In this document: one piece after another, positions 19,866 through 29,902 of the stretch
How the letters are laid out: every line of letters begins with the position of its first letter
Numbering within the stretch: the stretch's first letter is position 1
Assembly (NCBI GenBank): GCA_963771045.1
Contig: CAVYRW010000004.1
Location: forward strand, 128,001-192,000
DNA: 64,000 bases
DNA from: Waddliaceae bacterium
Lineage (GTDB): Bacteria; Chlamydiota; Chlamydiia; Chlamydiales; SLFE01
Reading direction: 5' to 3'
The notes under the pieces: generated by a model
The model's input: the letters and a program-made list of their open reading frames with translations, nothing else
Told to the model about the DNA's origin: nothing
The model's database searches: none
Made by a program: the position numbers and the translations under genes

Positions 19866-22355
19866 ATGAGCCGTTTTAAAGAATTACAATCGATCGTGAG
19901 TCAGCAGGTAAAATTCAGAACCCCTGCCGAGATGTCCCCCTCTAAGCAATTGGGGAAAACGGACGAATCCGTAAGCGGCAAGGCGCTAGGAGTTTTGGAA
20001 GACACCGGCTCTGTCAAAGAGGTTCAACTCAACAGAAGTCTTACAGTACCCAAATCTTTAAATTCCGAAGCTGTCAAAGCCAGCCAAACAGCAAAAGATT
20101 TTTTCGGGGATCAATTATCGGGGCTCGCTCGGAGGGCGAGCAAGGTATTTTCTTCGGTTTTTTTCTTGGTCTTTATCAGTGAAAAAATCGGCGGCAGGGT
20201 TAGCAGTCAGCGCCTCAGTCAAAAAATGGGATCGGAAATTAGAAAGAGTGAGTCGCAAGTTGCCAAAAATATTCGTGGATGGCCGGACGAAGTAGCCCAA
20301 TCGACCAGCATTTTTGAAGAAGCTAACAAACCCCCTCCCGGCCGTGGAACGCTGGATAAATATTTTGCTAAAGTTCTTGAGAAAGGGGTCGGCGAATTAT
20401 TAGAGGAAATTCATAAGTTGAAAACCCAGCCTTTCAGCTCTTCTGTCGGGAATCCTACACAAAAATTACAAGAAAATAATGCCGAAGAAGCCCAGCTATG
20501 CTTGGATATTGTGAGTGGCGTAAGAACAATAGCCGACCTAAAAGAATCAGAAGACAGCTCGGGAATTAAAACTTTTTTATTCACTCATGAAGGCCTAGAC
20601 TACGAGATCAATCACAGCCAAGATCCCCATGTCTATAATGGAGTCAAGAACAAAGATTTGATCAGAAGAGCGGAGCTGATTTTCGACGCGGCAAATGATC
20701 CTAAATTAAATGTCTTGAAAAAGAAAACGCTCGAGAATCTCTCGGGGTTGTGCCGAAATCCCGATCAAATCGATGATGATTTAAAAAACGGATTGGACAT
20801 ACTGGCCGATGTTTTTTACCAGGTAGAAACCCGTATGAAAAAGGAAAATCCCAATTTTGATTTGCAAAGGGCTGAAGCTGAACATATCAGGGATCGGGGC
20901 AGGCCGATTATCGTCAATATTTTTGAAGTGGAAGCCGGAGGCGAAAGAAGAACGTTTGTGGGAATGCATAAACCGATGTCAGAGGAGACCATTCCCAGTT
21001 CAATGCAAAGCGAAAACAAGCTGGCCAACTATGTATCGACATCGGCGGGTGTCGTACGGGATGGAAAAGTGGAGATGAAGTATACAGGAATTCGTCATTC
21101 ACGCCCCTCTCCTATTGCGATTGAAGATAGTCATCAAAGACGGGCCATTTCCGCCTCGAATGTCAAACAGTCGATAGTCGATATCGCAAATAAAATGGAA
21201 GTCAATGAGAATAATTCAGAAAAAAATCCGCTTCCGGTTCCTCTGGCTCCCACGACGCTCCTCACTGCGAAAGTAGGGGACATCGTTCGAAACAGAAAGA
21301 AGAAAGTCGCCGGCAGTTGGATGGGAGATTCGGAATCCATGCAGCTGCAAGAAGCTATGCAGGCTTATCGTCTTTATGACGGTTGCGTTTTGAATGTCAA
21401 TGGCGTATGGATCAAACCGGTTATCCATCATATGAATTTTGGAGTGAATCCCCCTGGAGCTAATCATGGCTTAAAAGGAAAAGTTCCGGATGCTCCATTT
21501 CAGAATGAACTCAATGCCCACGGCATGATGGCGCAGCATCAGCTTGTGAAAGATTTTTTTAGCGAAAATATTTCCGATGAAGGTTTAAAGAACCGGGTTT
21601 TTGAATTCTTATCCGGCGATTTGACAAAACTGGAAGGTCAATACAAAGATCTCAAAGAAGTCATCCATCGCAATTTGCAGAAAGATCAAGAGGCTCTTGC
21701 ATCCCATTATGAAAATTATAGCCGGAAGCCTTCTCGAAAAATAGAAAAAGAAATTGTCAAATTGGAGAAAAGAATTGCCGGCGAATACAAAAGATTGGAC
21801 ATCATTGCAAGGGGGCTTGTCAAAAAGCAGAAAGAGGCTTTCTTGGGACAGCCAAATCGTCATGAAGTGCTGGAGAGTTTAAAGGAAGAACTCAATCCCG
21901 CTCTCGCTTCTCTCCTTCAAGATCATGAGGACTTTAGACGCGCAATCTTTACGATGGCTCATAAAAATACTGCGACAGTTGTCGATGTACCAGCGATGCG
22001 GAATATGATTTATCAGAAATTGGGGATTCTCAGTCTCTTTTACTGCAAGAGCGCCGAAGACCGTACCGGCAATGTCGAAATTGAAACCTTTCAAAGAATG
22101 ATATTTGAAGAAATGTCAGGAAAACCACCGGGCATCGTCGACTGCAAAGAAACGGGCATTACGAATGAGATATTCAGACAAGTCTTTAACGCCTCCCCGT
22201 CTTTAAACAACACCGAGCACAACTCCGACTCCCGTGGCCTGCAGATCAGCCCCGAGGTAAATCCTCCAGATATGGAGCAGCAGATCAAGCAGCAAAAGAA
22301 AATGGCGGAATTTGCCAAAGAAGTCCCAAAAAAAGCCAGAGAAAAGGTTCAGTGA
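19866..22355 (+). CDS. SopB/IpgD-like inositol/phosphoinositide phosphatase, putative T3SS effector
   Basis: CX5R motif CKSAEDRTG (22044-22070), GIRHS and NFGVN motifs in SopB order; Ser-rich N-terminus. Confidence 0.78.
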   Translation: MSRFKELQSIVSQQVKFRTPAEMSPSKQLGKTDESVSGKALGVLEDTGSVKEVQLNRSLTVPKSLNSEAVKASQTAKDFFGDQLSGLARRASKVFSSVFFLVFISEKIGGRVSSQRLSQKMGSEIRKSESQVAKNIRGWPDEVAQSTSIFEEANKPPPGRGTLDKYFAKVLEKGVGELLEEIHKLKTQPFSSSVGNPTQKLQENNAEEAQLCLDIVSGVRTIADLKESEDSSGIKTFLFTHEGLDYEINHSQDPHVYNGVKNKDLIRRAELIFDAANDPKLNVLKKKTLENLSGLCRNPDQIDDDLKNGLDILADVFYQVETRMKKENPNFDLQRAEAEHIRDRGRPIIVNIFEVEAGGERRTFVGMHKPMSEETIPSSMQSENKLANYVSTSAGVVRDGKVEMKYTGIRHSRPSPIAIEDSHQRRAISASNVKQSIVDIANKMEVNENNSEKNPLPVPLAPTTLLTAKVGDIVRNRKKKVAGSWMGDSESMQLQEAMQAYRLYDGCVLNVNGVWIKPVIHHMNFGVNPPGANHGLKGKVPDAPFQNELNAHGMMAQHQLVKDFFSENISDEGLKNRVFEFLSGDLTKLEGQYKDLKEVIHRNLQKDQEALASHYENYSRKPSRKIEKEIVKLEKRIAGEYKRLDIIARGLVKKQKEAFLGQPNRHEVLESLKEELNPALASLLQDHEDFRRAIFTMAHKNTATVVDVPAMRNMIYQKLGILSLFYCKSAEDRTGNVEIETFQRMIFEEMSGKPPGIVDCKETGITNEIFRQVFNASPSLNNTEHNSDSRGLQISPEVNPPDMEQQIKQQKKMAEFAKEVPKKAREKVQ

Positions 22356-22370
22356 GTGTATAATTGAACC

Positions 22371-23195
22371 ATGTCTGATTATGAATTGCTAGACAGCGGC
22401 AACGGGAGAAAATTGGAGCGCTTCGGCCGCTACATTCTGGACCGGCCGTCTCTTCAAGCTCTATGGCGCCCGAAGCTTCCCCTTGAAGAGTGGAAAAGGG
22501 CCCATGCCGTTTTTACTCGGGAGCCGGGCGGCCTTTGGAAGAAAAGCCGGGGATTTCCCGAAGAGTGGATCATTGAAGTGGAGGGCATCAAATTTACACT
22601 GTCTCCAACTGATTTCGGCCATTTGGGCATTTTCCCCGAGCAGAGCCCTTCCTGGAAATGGATAAAAAAAGAGGTGCGAAATGAGGCGAATGTACTCAAT
22701 TTGTTTGCTTACTCCGGAGGTTCGACGCTTGCTGCGGCGCTATCCGGAGCGAGAGTCACCCACCTTGACGCATCAAAGAAGATGGCGGCCTGGGCGCGGG
22801 AAAACGCCCGGATTAACGGGCTTGAAGAAGCTCCTGTGCGCTGGATTGTCGATGACGTTAAAAAGTTTTTAAAACGAGAGATTCGGCGCAGCAGCCGCTA
22901 CGATGCGATCATATTGGACCCCCCGAGCTTCGGAAGGGGGGCAAAAGGGGAAGTGTTTAAAATCGAAAAAGACATCCAGGGAATCTTAAGCGACTGCAGC
23001 GAGCTTCTTAGCGGCCGGCCGCTTTTTGTCCTTTTGACATGCCACAGCCCAGGTTTTACTCCGATAGCTGCGAGCCATTTGCTGACTCAATTTTTTGGCG
23101 GCGGCAAGGTGGAAACGGGCGAGATGATTCTTAAAGGGCAGGAAAATGTCTTCTCTCTTCCAAGCGGCAGTTTCGCGAGGTGGAGTCCATGCTGA
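22371..23195 (+). CDS. Class I SAM-dependent methyltransferase (RlmI/K-like)
   Basis: YELLDSG..KLERFG, VLNLFAYSGGST, ILDPPSFG. Confidence 0.88.
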   Translation: MSDYELLDSGNGRKLERFGRYILDRPSLQALWRPKLPLEEWKRAHAVFTREPGGLWKKSRGFPEEWIIEVEGIKFTLSPTDFGHLGIFPEQSPSWKWIKKEVRNEANVLNLFAYSGGSTLAAALSGARVTHLDASKKMAAWARENARINGLEEAPVRWIVDDVKKFLKREIRRSSRYDAIILDPPSFGRGAKGEVFKIEKDIQGILSDCSELLSGRPLFVLLTCHSPGFTPIAASHLLTQFFGGGKVETGEMILKGQENVFSLPSGSFARWSPC

Positions 23196-23974
23196 TTACA
23201 AGTTTGCAAAACCCGAAAATTAAAAATCTGGTCCGCCTTCGAGAAAGGAGGCAGCGAGATAAAAGCGTCCTTTTTTTAATCGAAGGCTATCGCGAGCTTT
23301 TGAGGGCTGTCGACTCGGGCATTGAAATTGATGAATTTTATTTTTGCCCTGAACTGTTTTTAGGGGAAAATGAAGAGGCGCTCATTCAAAGAATCGGAGG
23401 GCAGTCATTTACGTGTACCCGGCAGGTGTTTAAAAAAATATCCTATCGGGATCGACCAGACGGTCTTCTCGGCGTTGCCCGCCAGATGAAACGGCAGTTA
23501 AACGATATTCGGTTTCAAGCGGTCCCTTTTGTCGTGATTGCCGAAAGCATTGAAAAACCGGGCAATTTGGGAACGATTCTCCGCACATCGGACGCTGCCT
23601 GTGTCGACGCGCTGATTGTTTGCGACCGCTGCACCGATATTTACAATCCCAATGTTGTGCGGGCGAGCGTCGGCACACTCTTTACTGTTCCTGTTGTCGA
23701 AGCAAAAAGCGAAGAGGTCTCAATTTGGCTGAAAAGCTGCGGCATTTCAGTGGTTGCCGCGGCTCCCTCCGCAGAAAAGATCTATACTCAGGCCGATTTG
23801 ACAAAGCCGATAGCTGTTGCGTTCGGAACCGAACAATACGGCCTCTCGGATTATTGGATGGAGGCGGCCGAAACCAAGGTGAAAATTCCGATGCGTGGCG
23901 TCGCCGACTCTCTTAACGTGGCGCTGTCGACCGGAGTGCTGCTTTATGAGGTTCTCCGGCAGCGAGGTTTCTGA
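23189..23974 (+). CDS. TrmH/SpoU-family RNA methyltransferase
   Basis: ITSLQNP, KPGNLGTILRT, FGTEQYGL, IPMRGVADSLNV. Confidence 0.93.
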   Translation: MLITSLQNPKIKNLVRLRERRQRDKSVLFLIEGYRELLRAVDSGIEIDEFYFCPELFLGENEEALIQRIGGQSFTCTRQVFKKISYRDRPDGLLGVARQMKRQLNDIRFQAVPFVVIAESIEKPGNLGTILRTSDAACVDALIVCDRCTDIYNPNVVRASVGTLFTVPVVEAKSEEVSIWLKSCGISVVAAAPSAEKIYTQADLTKPIAVAFGTEQYGLSDYWMEAAETKVKIPMRGVADSLNVALSTGVLLYEVLRQRGF

Positions 23975-24582
23975 TGGACATTGTGTATGAAGACAACCAT
24001 GTGATTGCCGTGAAAAAGCCGGCGGGACTGCTCACCCAGCCAAGCGGTACCGAAGAGGATAACCTTGAAGACCGGCTCAAAGCTTATATCAAAAAACGGG
24101 ATGCGAAGCCTTCAAATGTCTTTCTTGAAGCGGTCCACCGCCTTGATAAGCCGGCTTTCGGGCTGGTTGTGTTTGCCAAAACAAGCAAAGCCCTTTCCCG
24201 GCTGAATGCAGCTCAAAGAGAGAAGAAATTCCGTAAATTTTATCGGGCAGGGATAGAAGGGACTCTCCCTGCGAAAAAAGGGACTCTTGCCAATACCCTC
24301 TACCACGATCATCACAGAGCCCGTGTTGTCGCTTCCGGCTATCCCGGGGGTAAGGAAGCGATTTTGCACTACAGGGAGGTAGGTCCTCAACTAGTTGAAA
24401 TAGAATTAGTTACAGGACGCTATCATCAAATTAGGGCTCAATTGTCCCATATAGGCTGTCCTATTTTGGGAGATAAAAAATACGGAAGTGTAAAGTCCTT
24501 TTCTTCAGGCATTTATCTTGAACATTACCGGATAGAATTTCCTCACCCCATAAGTAACAATTCTTTATTAATTATAATTTAA
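23974..24582 (+). CDS. RluA-family pseudouridine synthase
   Basis: KPAGLLTQ, HRLD, TGRYHQIR, PILGDKKYG. Confidence 0.93.
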   Translation: MDIVYEDNHVIAVKKPAGLLTQPSGTEEDNLEDRLKAYIKKRDAKPSNVFLEAVHRLDKPAFGLVVFAKTSKALSRLNAAQREKKFRKFYRAGIEGTLPAKKGTLANTLYHDHHRARVVASGYPGGKEAILHYREVGPQLVEIELVTGRYHQIRAQLSHIGCPILGDKKYGSVKSFSSGIYLEHYRIEFPHPISNNSLLIII

Positions 24583-24596
24583 ATTATAAATTATAA

Positions 24597-24605
24597 TGGT
24601 ATAAT
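24597..24605 (+). promoter_or_regulatory. Extended -10 promoter element
   Basis: TGGTATAAT in an AT-rich intergenic region upstream of ATG 24643. Confidence 0.45.
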
Positions 24606-24642
24606 GTAATTAAGCATTGTTTATTTATGGGTTAATAATTGT

Positions 24643-25479
24643 ATGTATAATAATACAAAGAAGAAAAAAAGCTCTATCTGGGGAAAAATAAGGTCGGCAT
24701 ATTTAAACTGTATCCGACTCTACGTCAAATACTTAAAAAGACGCAATGTCGTTGTCTTTGGGCTTGTTTCGGCAACTTTTCTCACAGAACCGCTTAACGC
24801 CTTCAAAGGGGCGTTTATGACTCCATATGGGTGGAAACGGCATTTCGACTATTTCGATTTAAATCCTAAAGAGCTTACAAGTAGTCAGCTAAGAGAAAAT
24901 CCAGTTCTTCTTATTCATGGGAATTACGATAATCAAAGGGCCTGGCTGCAATTGGCTGAAAAACTGCAGAAAGAAGGCATTCCCGCTTTTACCCTCAACC
25001 TTCCCCCTGGAAAAGTGTCCCGCTGGGATAAATGTCTGCTAGAAAGAAAATGGGATGAGATTCGAAACCTTTATCACCGCTATGGCCGTAAAGATGCGGC
25101 TATCAATATCGTCGGTCACTCCAGAGGGGCTTATCTTTCTGTCATGATGGGCGTCAACAAGGAAGGGTGGGAAATCAGGAAACGAGGGGTTCTTTCCACC
25201 GACTTAATGAAAAGACATCAAAGACCCGATATTGGCAAAATTATTCAAATCGGCCAGTACTTTTCCTTAAATGAATTTCAGGATGAAGTCGCTACCGCTC
25301 TGAACCTTAAAGAGAGAATTTTCAGCATTACCGGAACTAGGGATATCCTGGCGCCTTCTAATTCCAATGCCTTGCCTCCTGATCATAAATTTACCTTTGA
25401 CGAGGGGCATTTGGGATTGATTTTTTCCGACGAGGTGGATCAGAAAATCATTGATATTGCTCAAATCTCCTTAACATAA
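24643..25479 (+). CDS. Alpha/beta-hydrolase (lipase/esterase)
   Basis: PVLLIHG, nucleophile elbow GHSRG, D in TRDILAP, H in GHLGL. Confidence 0.85.
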   Translation: MYNNTKKKKSSIWGKIRSAYLNCIRLYVKYLKRRNVVVFGLVSATFLTEPLNAFKGAFMTPYGWKRHFDYFDLNPKELTSSQLRENPVLLIHGNYDNQRAWLQLAEKLQKEGIPAFTLNLPPGKVSRWDKCLLERKWDEIRNLYHRYGRKDAAINIVGHSRGAYLSVMMGVNKEGWEIRKRGVLSTDLMKRHQRPDIGKIIQIGQYFSLNEFQDEVATALNLKERIFSITGTRDILAPSNSNALPPDHKFTFDEGHLGLIFSDEVDQKIIDIAQISLT

Positions 25480-25512
25480 ACTCCCTATTATGATTTTAAT
25501 GTAAAGAGAGAA

Positions 25513-26722
25513 TTGAAAATCGGCTCAACCTTAATTTTCAATTCCCTTTTGAAGAGGTACCTCATGTTGGCAACGCTTGTTTCGATCATTTTGGTGGTCG
25601 TCTTTACTCTGATGTTTCAGGTCCCTGCGCTGGGTTTTTTTCCCATCTTGGCCTTGGTAGTCGGAGCCTTGATGATTTTGATCACCCCTTTGATCAAAGG
25701 GCTGACACTGCTTCCTTTGCAGGCGGCCAGTGTTGAAACATCTTCGCGCGCGATGAATATGGCGAGGAAGGATCCTCTGCAAATTGCGCTGACTTTTGTG
25801 TGGATCTCTTTTGCCCTTTTTTCTTTTATTTCCGCAGCATTCGGAACCGAGATTTTATTCATTATCTGGATGATATGGCTGGGGCTTTCTCTTGACGCTA
25901 TCTTTTTTTATACCTGGCGCCAGACCGGTTTCTCCGATCCGCTGCATTTGATTGTCTTGCTTGTCCGAAATGGAAAGAGAAATTTTTCCGCAAATAGGCA
26001 GAAAGAGCTTTGTTCATCAATTGATGCGCTGGGCGAAGTCAGCCTGAAGGCGCTGTTTCAAAAAAGCCTGCCGCTTTCAGAAGAAGTTGTCTCTTCAATG
26101 GAAGGTTTGGCAAAAGATTACCTTAAGAGTTTCGGGGCAGATCCTACAGAAGATGCGGCAAATCGTGTCAATTACACTCTGGGTTTTTTGCTCCACCGCA
26201 TGCAAATGCTGTTTAACCACGCAGCCGAAGATAATCTGGAGCCTTTGGCGAATCAGATTATTTTGAGCGTATCGAAACTCACGATCAATGTGGCTAAATT
26301 CGATACGTCTCTGACAAGCCTTCCTCTGCATTTTCTCGAAAATTTCTTCAAAAAAGCGCATGAGTACGAGTTAACAGAGGTGGCCATCAACAGTTCGATC
26401 GTTTTACAGGAAATGGCAAAATCCATGATCGAAGATCCAAGCCTTCGCGACCGGAACTTAAGTCGCTGTTCTTTTTTCCCTTATTGAACGGATGGAGGAG
26501 CTTGCGAAAGACACATTTAAGAAAGATAAAAGCACTCCCATTTCTTTGCTGATCAAGCCATTCGAGGAGCTCAAATCCCTTTTGGAGGAAAAAATTCCCG
26601 AATTTTCCGACTCCAAAGCGGTGATTGCCAATCTTCAAAAAGTCATCGCCCAATTTCAGGCTCTTCAGGGCGTCCTTCAGTCCGTTCCCAATATCCCCGG
26701 ATATTCCGAATCCGAAGAATAA
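25513..26722 (+). CDS. Hypothetical membrane protein (four N-terminal TMs), apparent frameshift near 26460-26485
   Basis: Long ORF continued by ORF 26492-26722 beyond a T-run; start uncertain. Confidence 0.6.
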
Positions 26723-26749
26723 TGTTGTATCTGGGGCTTTGGATTTGTT

Positions 26750-27349
26750 ATGATCCGGCACATGATTCTCGCTCTTCTAAATAAAGGTGTTGAAGACGCT
26801 GTTTCGGCTGTTGGCCAGCTCGGGAACGAAGAGTCGCTTCAGTTTATGATGAAGTCTGCCGAGCTCATTTCCTGCGCGTTTGAGAGCGGCAATAAAGTTA
26901 TCATTGCCGGCAACGGGGGGAGCCTTTGCGACGCTATGCATTTTGCCGAGGAGCTGACTGGCTTTTTCCGAGGTGAAAGAAAGGCTCTTCCGGCTATCGC
27001 CTTGTCCGAGCCTGGGCATATCACCTGCACCGGCAACGATCTTGGGTTCGATTACATTTTTTCCCGCGGGGTCGAAGCTTACGGGCAGCCCGGCGATGTT
27101 TTTGCTTGGTCTGACAACAAGCGGCAACTCCCCAAATATTGTCAATGCGGTTTTGCGAAGGCCAAGAAGCAAAATCTCAAAACCGTGGCTTTCCTGGGCA
27201 AAGGAGGGGGAAGATTGAGGGGCGAGGCCGATCTTGAGCTCATTATCGACGGTTTCAAAACCTCAGACCGCATTCAAGAGGCCCATATGGCCGCCATACA
27301 CCTCATTATCGAACTTGTCGAGCACAGGATGTTCGTTTCCCACAACTGA
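26750..27349 (+). CDS. gmhA: Phosphoheptose isomerase (SIS domain) with two compensating frameshifts
   Basis: AGNGGS, HFAEEL, GNDLGFD, RIQEAH; the conserved GLTTSGNSPNI lies in an alternative frame (~27105-27150). Confidence 0.92.
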   Translation: MIRHMILALLNKGVEDAVSAVGQLGNEESLQFMMKSAELISCAFESGNKVIIAGNGGSLCDAMHFAEELTGFFRGERKALPAIALSEPGHITCTGNDLGFDYIFSRGVEAYGQPGDVFAWSDNKRQLPKYCQCGFAKAKKQNLKTVAFLGKGGGRLRGEADLELIIDGFKTSDRIQEAHMAAIHLIIELVEHRMFVSHN

Positions 27350-27553
27350 TCAATCTACAGGTAAGCATTCTAGTGTCTTGCATGCCGTCGCCCGCGCTGC
27401 GTTCTCGAGAGGGGCGTAACCGAACAATCTTTACAAAAATCCCAATTTTTGGTAAAATTCTAATTAATTATTAACATTTTAAGTAAATAATAGCAATTTT
27501 TTTAAAAATGGAACAAGAGCGGACATTCGCTTTTTCTCCCCTTAGATTTAACC

Positions 27554-28663
27554 ATGAAAAAACGGTGCGAACGATACATTTTGGACGTGATCCAGGGAAA
27601 AAAACGGGGATTTCTCTCCGGAGCAGCCTCTCATGGGTTGAAATTCTTAAGTTTCGGCTTCCAGGCCGCCGTCAATGCTCGAAATTGGGCGTTTAATCAA
27701 GGTCTGCTGACAAGTTACTACCCTCCGGTCCCGGTTGTAGTTAGTATCGGCAATATCGTTGCAGGAGGCACAGGAAAGACCCCTGCGGCCCTTATGCTGG
27801 CCGAATCCTTGAGTGAAACCCACAAAATCGCCTTCCTTTTAAGAGGCTATAGAAGCCCCTCTGAACTGCGCAGCTCCCCCCTCGTTCTGTCGCTGGGAAA
27901 AGGGCCTGAATATTCGGCATCGTACTCGGGAGATGAGGCCTATCTCTTATCGCGGCGCCTTCCTGAAGCGTTAGTATTTGTGGGAAAGAACCGAGTCCGC
28001 TCATCGATACTGGCTGCCCAAAATGGAGCGGAGATTATCATTTTGGACGACGGATTGCAGCATAGGCGTTTGGCCAGGGAATTTGAGATTATCGTTGTGG
28101 ACGCCAAGGATCCGCTGGGTCAGGGGCATTTTCTTCCTCGAGGCTTTCTGCGCGACCACCCAAAGACTCTCGGAAGGGCCGACCTCATCATTGCCAACCA
28201 CGTTAGGGACAGCGAGGATCTGGACGTCCTCCGGGAAAAAATCGGCCCTTATTCCACGGCGCCTATCGTGGGGGTTTGTCCCCAGATCAGTTCGATTGAG
28301 TCAATTGCCGGCGAGGGCGTTTCTTCGCTCAGCGGAAAAAAAGCCGGACTTTTCTGCGGGATCGCCAAACCCGAAAAATTCAAAACTCTTATTGAAAGCC
28401 AGGGAGTTTCAATCGTCTCGGAGCTCATCTCTTTGGACCACGCTATTCCCGGTAAAAAAAGATTGAGGAAATTTTCCGAAGAGTGCGCAAAACAAGGAGC
28501 CGAGTACTTGATCTGCACAGAAAAGGACAAGGTTAAATTATCCGAGGATGAGGGTACCGCGCTGCCGATCATCAGCGTCAATATACGTTTAAAGATTTCC
28601 GCCGGCAGCTTGCATTGGGAAAACTTGTTGGAACAAATAAAAACGAAGGTGGGGGCGAAATGA
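27554..28663 (+). CDS. lpxK: Tetraacyldisaccharide 4'-kinase
   Basis: SIGNIVAGGTGKTP, GDEA, LDDGLQH, LPRGFLR, TEKD. Confidence 0.96.
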   Translation: MKKRCERYILDVIQGKKRGFLSGAASHGLKFLSFGFQAAVNARNWAFNQGLLTSYYPPVPVVVSIGNIVAGGTGKTPAALMLAESLSETHKIAFLLRGYRSPSELRSSPLVLSLGKGPEYSASYSGDEAYLLSRRLPEALVFVGKNRVRSSILAAQNGAEIIILDDGLQHRRLAREFEIIVVDAKDPLGQGHFLPRGFLRDHPKTLGRADLIIANHVRDSEDLDVLREKIGPYSTAPIVGVCPQISSIESIAGEGVSSLSGKKAGLFCGIAKPEKFKTLIESQGVSIVSELISLDHAIPGKKRLRKFSEECAKQGAEYLICTEKDKVKLSEDEGTALPIISVNIRLKISAGSLHWENLLEQIKTKVGAK

Positions 28664-29901
28664 AGTTGTGGCTCCAAATATTTATCGCGATGATTGCGGG
28701 AACGGTTGTTGGAACGATCATGAAGCTGACCGGTTTCGACGCAAAAGCTCTGCAGCCTTTGGGAACGATATTCCTTGAGCTGATCCGCATGCTTGTGGTG
28801 CTTCTTATCTTCGCGTCCATGACATTGGGAGTGTGCGGTGTTCATGACCCGAAAAAGCTCGGAAGGCTTGGGATCAAAACGCTCCTTTTTTATCTGCTTA
28901 CGACGATTTTGAGCATCGGAGTCGGCATAGCCTTTGCCACTTATTTTCAACCGGGAGTTGGTTTTTCCGATGAAATGGCAAAAACTCCGATTACGATCAC
29001 CGAACCGCAAAGCCTGGTGGATATTTTTAAGTCCATTGTTCCTTCGAATCCCTTTGCTTCGCTTGTTTCGGGCAACGCTCTTCAGATTATTGTCTTTTCG
29101 GCATTTTTGGGCGTGGCTATTAATTTAGCCGGAGAAAAGGGCCGGCCGCTTCGCGAGGCGATCGAATCGCTTGCCGAAGTGATGTATCAGCTCACTTCGG
29201 TTGTTATGAAATTCGCTCCCATCGGCGTTTTCGGAATTATGGCCTATGTTGCGGGATCGCTCGGGTTTGAGGCAATCAAAAGGCTGGCTCTTTTTGTGCT
29301 GATTTATTATGCCGCCTGTTTTTTGTTTGTCGGGATTGTTTTTTTCGGGATTTTACGGTTTATCGCAGGATTGAATCCCATTTACTTTATAAAAGGGCTT
29401 TGGTCGGCCATAGTCGTAGCCTTTAGCACCGGCAGCAGCTCTGCAAGCCTTCCGGTATCTTTGCAATGCGTTCATGAAAACCTGGGCGTTTCGAAAAACA
29501 TCACGAATTTCGTTCTTCCTCTCGGCTCGACAATCAATATGAACGGCACGGCGATTTTTCAGGGGATGGCAGCAATTTTCGTCTCGCAGGCTTATGGAAT
29601 CCATCTCGACATGTATTCGATTTTAACGATTGTGATTACCGCCACATTGTCGGCAGTGGGAACTGCTGGAATACCTGGCCAGGGTTTCATTATGTTGTCT
29701 GCTGTGTTAACATCGGTTGGGCTGCCATTCGAGGGACTTTCCGTGTTCATGGCCATTGACCGTCTGCGCGACATGGTCGGCACATCGCTTAACGTTATGG
29801 GCGATGCGGTCGTTGCTGTGACTATTGCCAAGCAGGAAGGAGAACTTGATTTGAATTGCTACCGGCAGTCTTATGTAGAATTGGAGGAAAGCGAAGCTTA
29901 A
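28660..29901 (+). CDS. Dicarboxylate/amino acid:cation symporter (GltP-like), copy 1
   Basis: STGSSSASLP, PLGSTINMNGTA, GTAGIPG, IDRLRDM. Confidence 0.93.
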   Translation: MKLWLQIFIAMIAGTVVGTIMKLTGFDAKALQPLGTIFLELIRMLVVLLIFASMTLGVCGVHDPKKLGRLGIKTLLFYLLTTILSIGVGIAFATYFQPGVGFSDEMAKTPITITEPQSLVDIFKSIVPSNPFASLVSGNALQIIVFSAFLGVAINLAGEKGRPLREAIESLAEVMYQLTSVVMKFAPIGVFGIMAYVAGSLGFEAIKRLALFVLIYYAACFLFVGIVFFGILRFIAGLNPIYFIKGLWSAIVVAFSTGSSSASLPVSLQCVHENLGVSKNITNFVLPLGSTINMNGTAIFQGMAAIFVSQAYGIHLDMYSILTIVITATLSAVGTAGIPGQGFIMLSAVLTSVGLPFEGLSVFMAIDRLRDMVGTSLNVMGDAVVAVTIAKQEGELDLNCYRQSYVELEESEA

Positions 29902-29902
29902 G

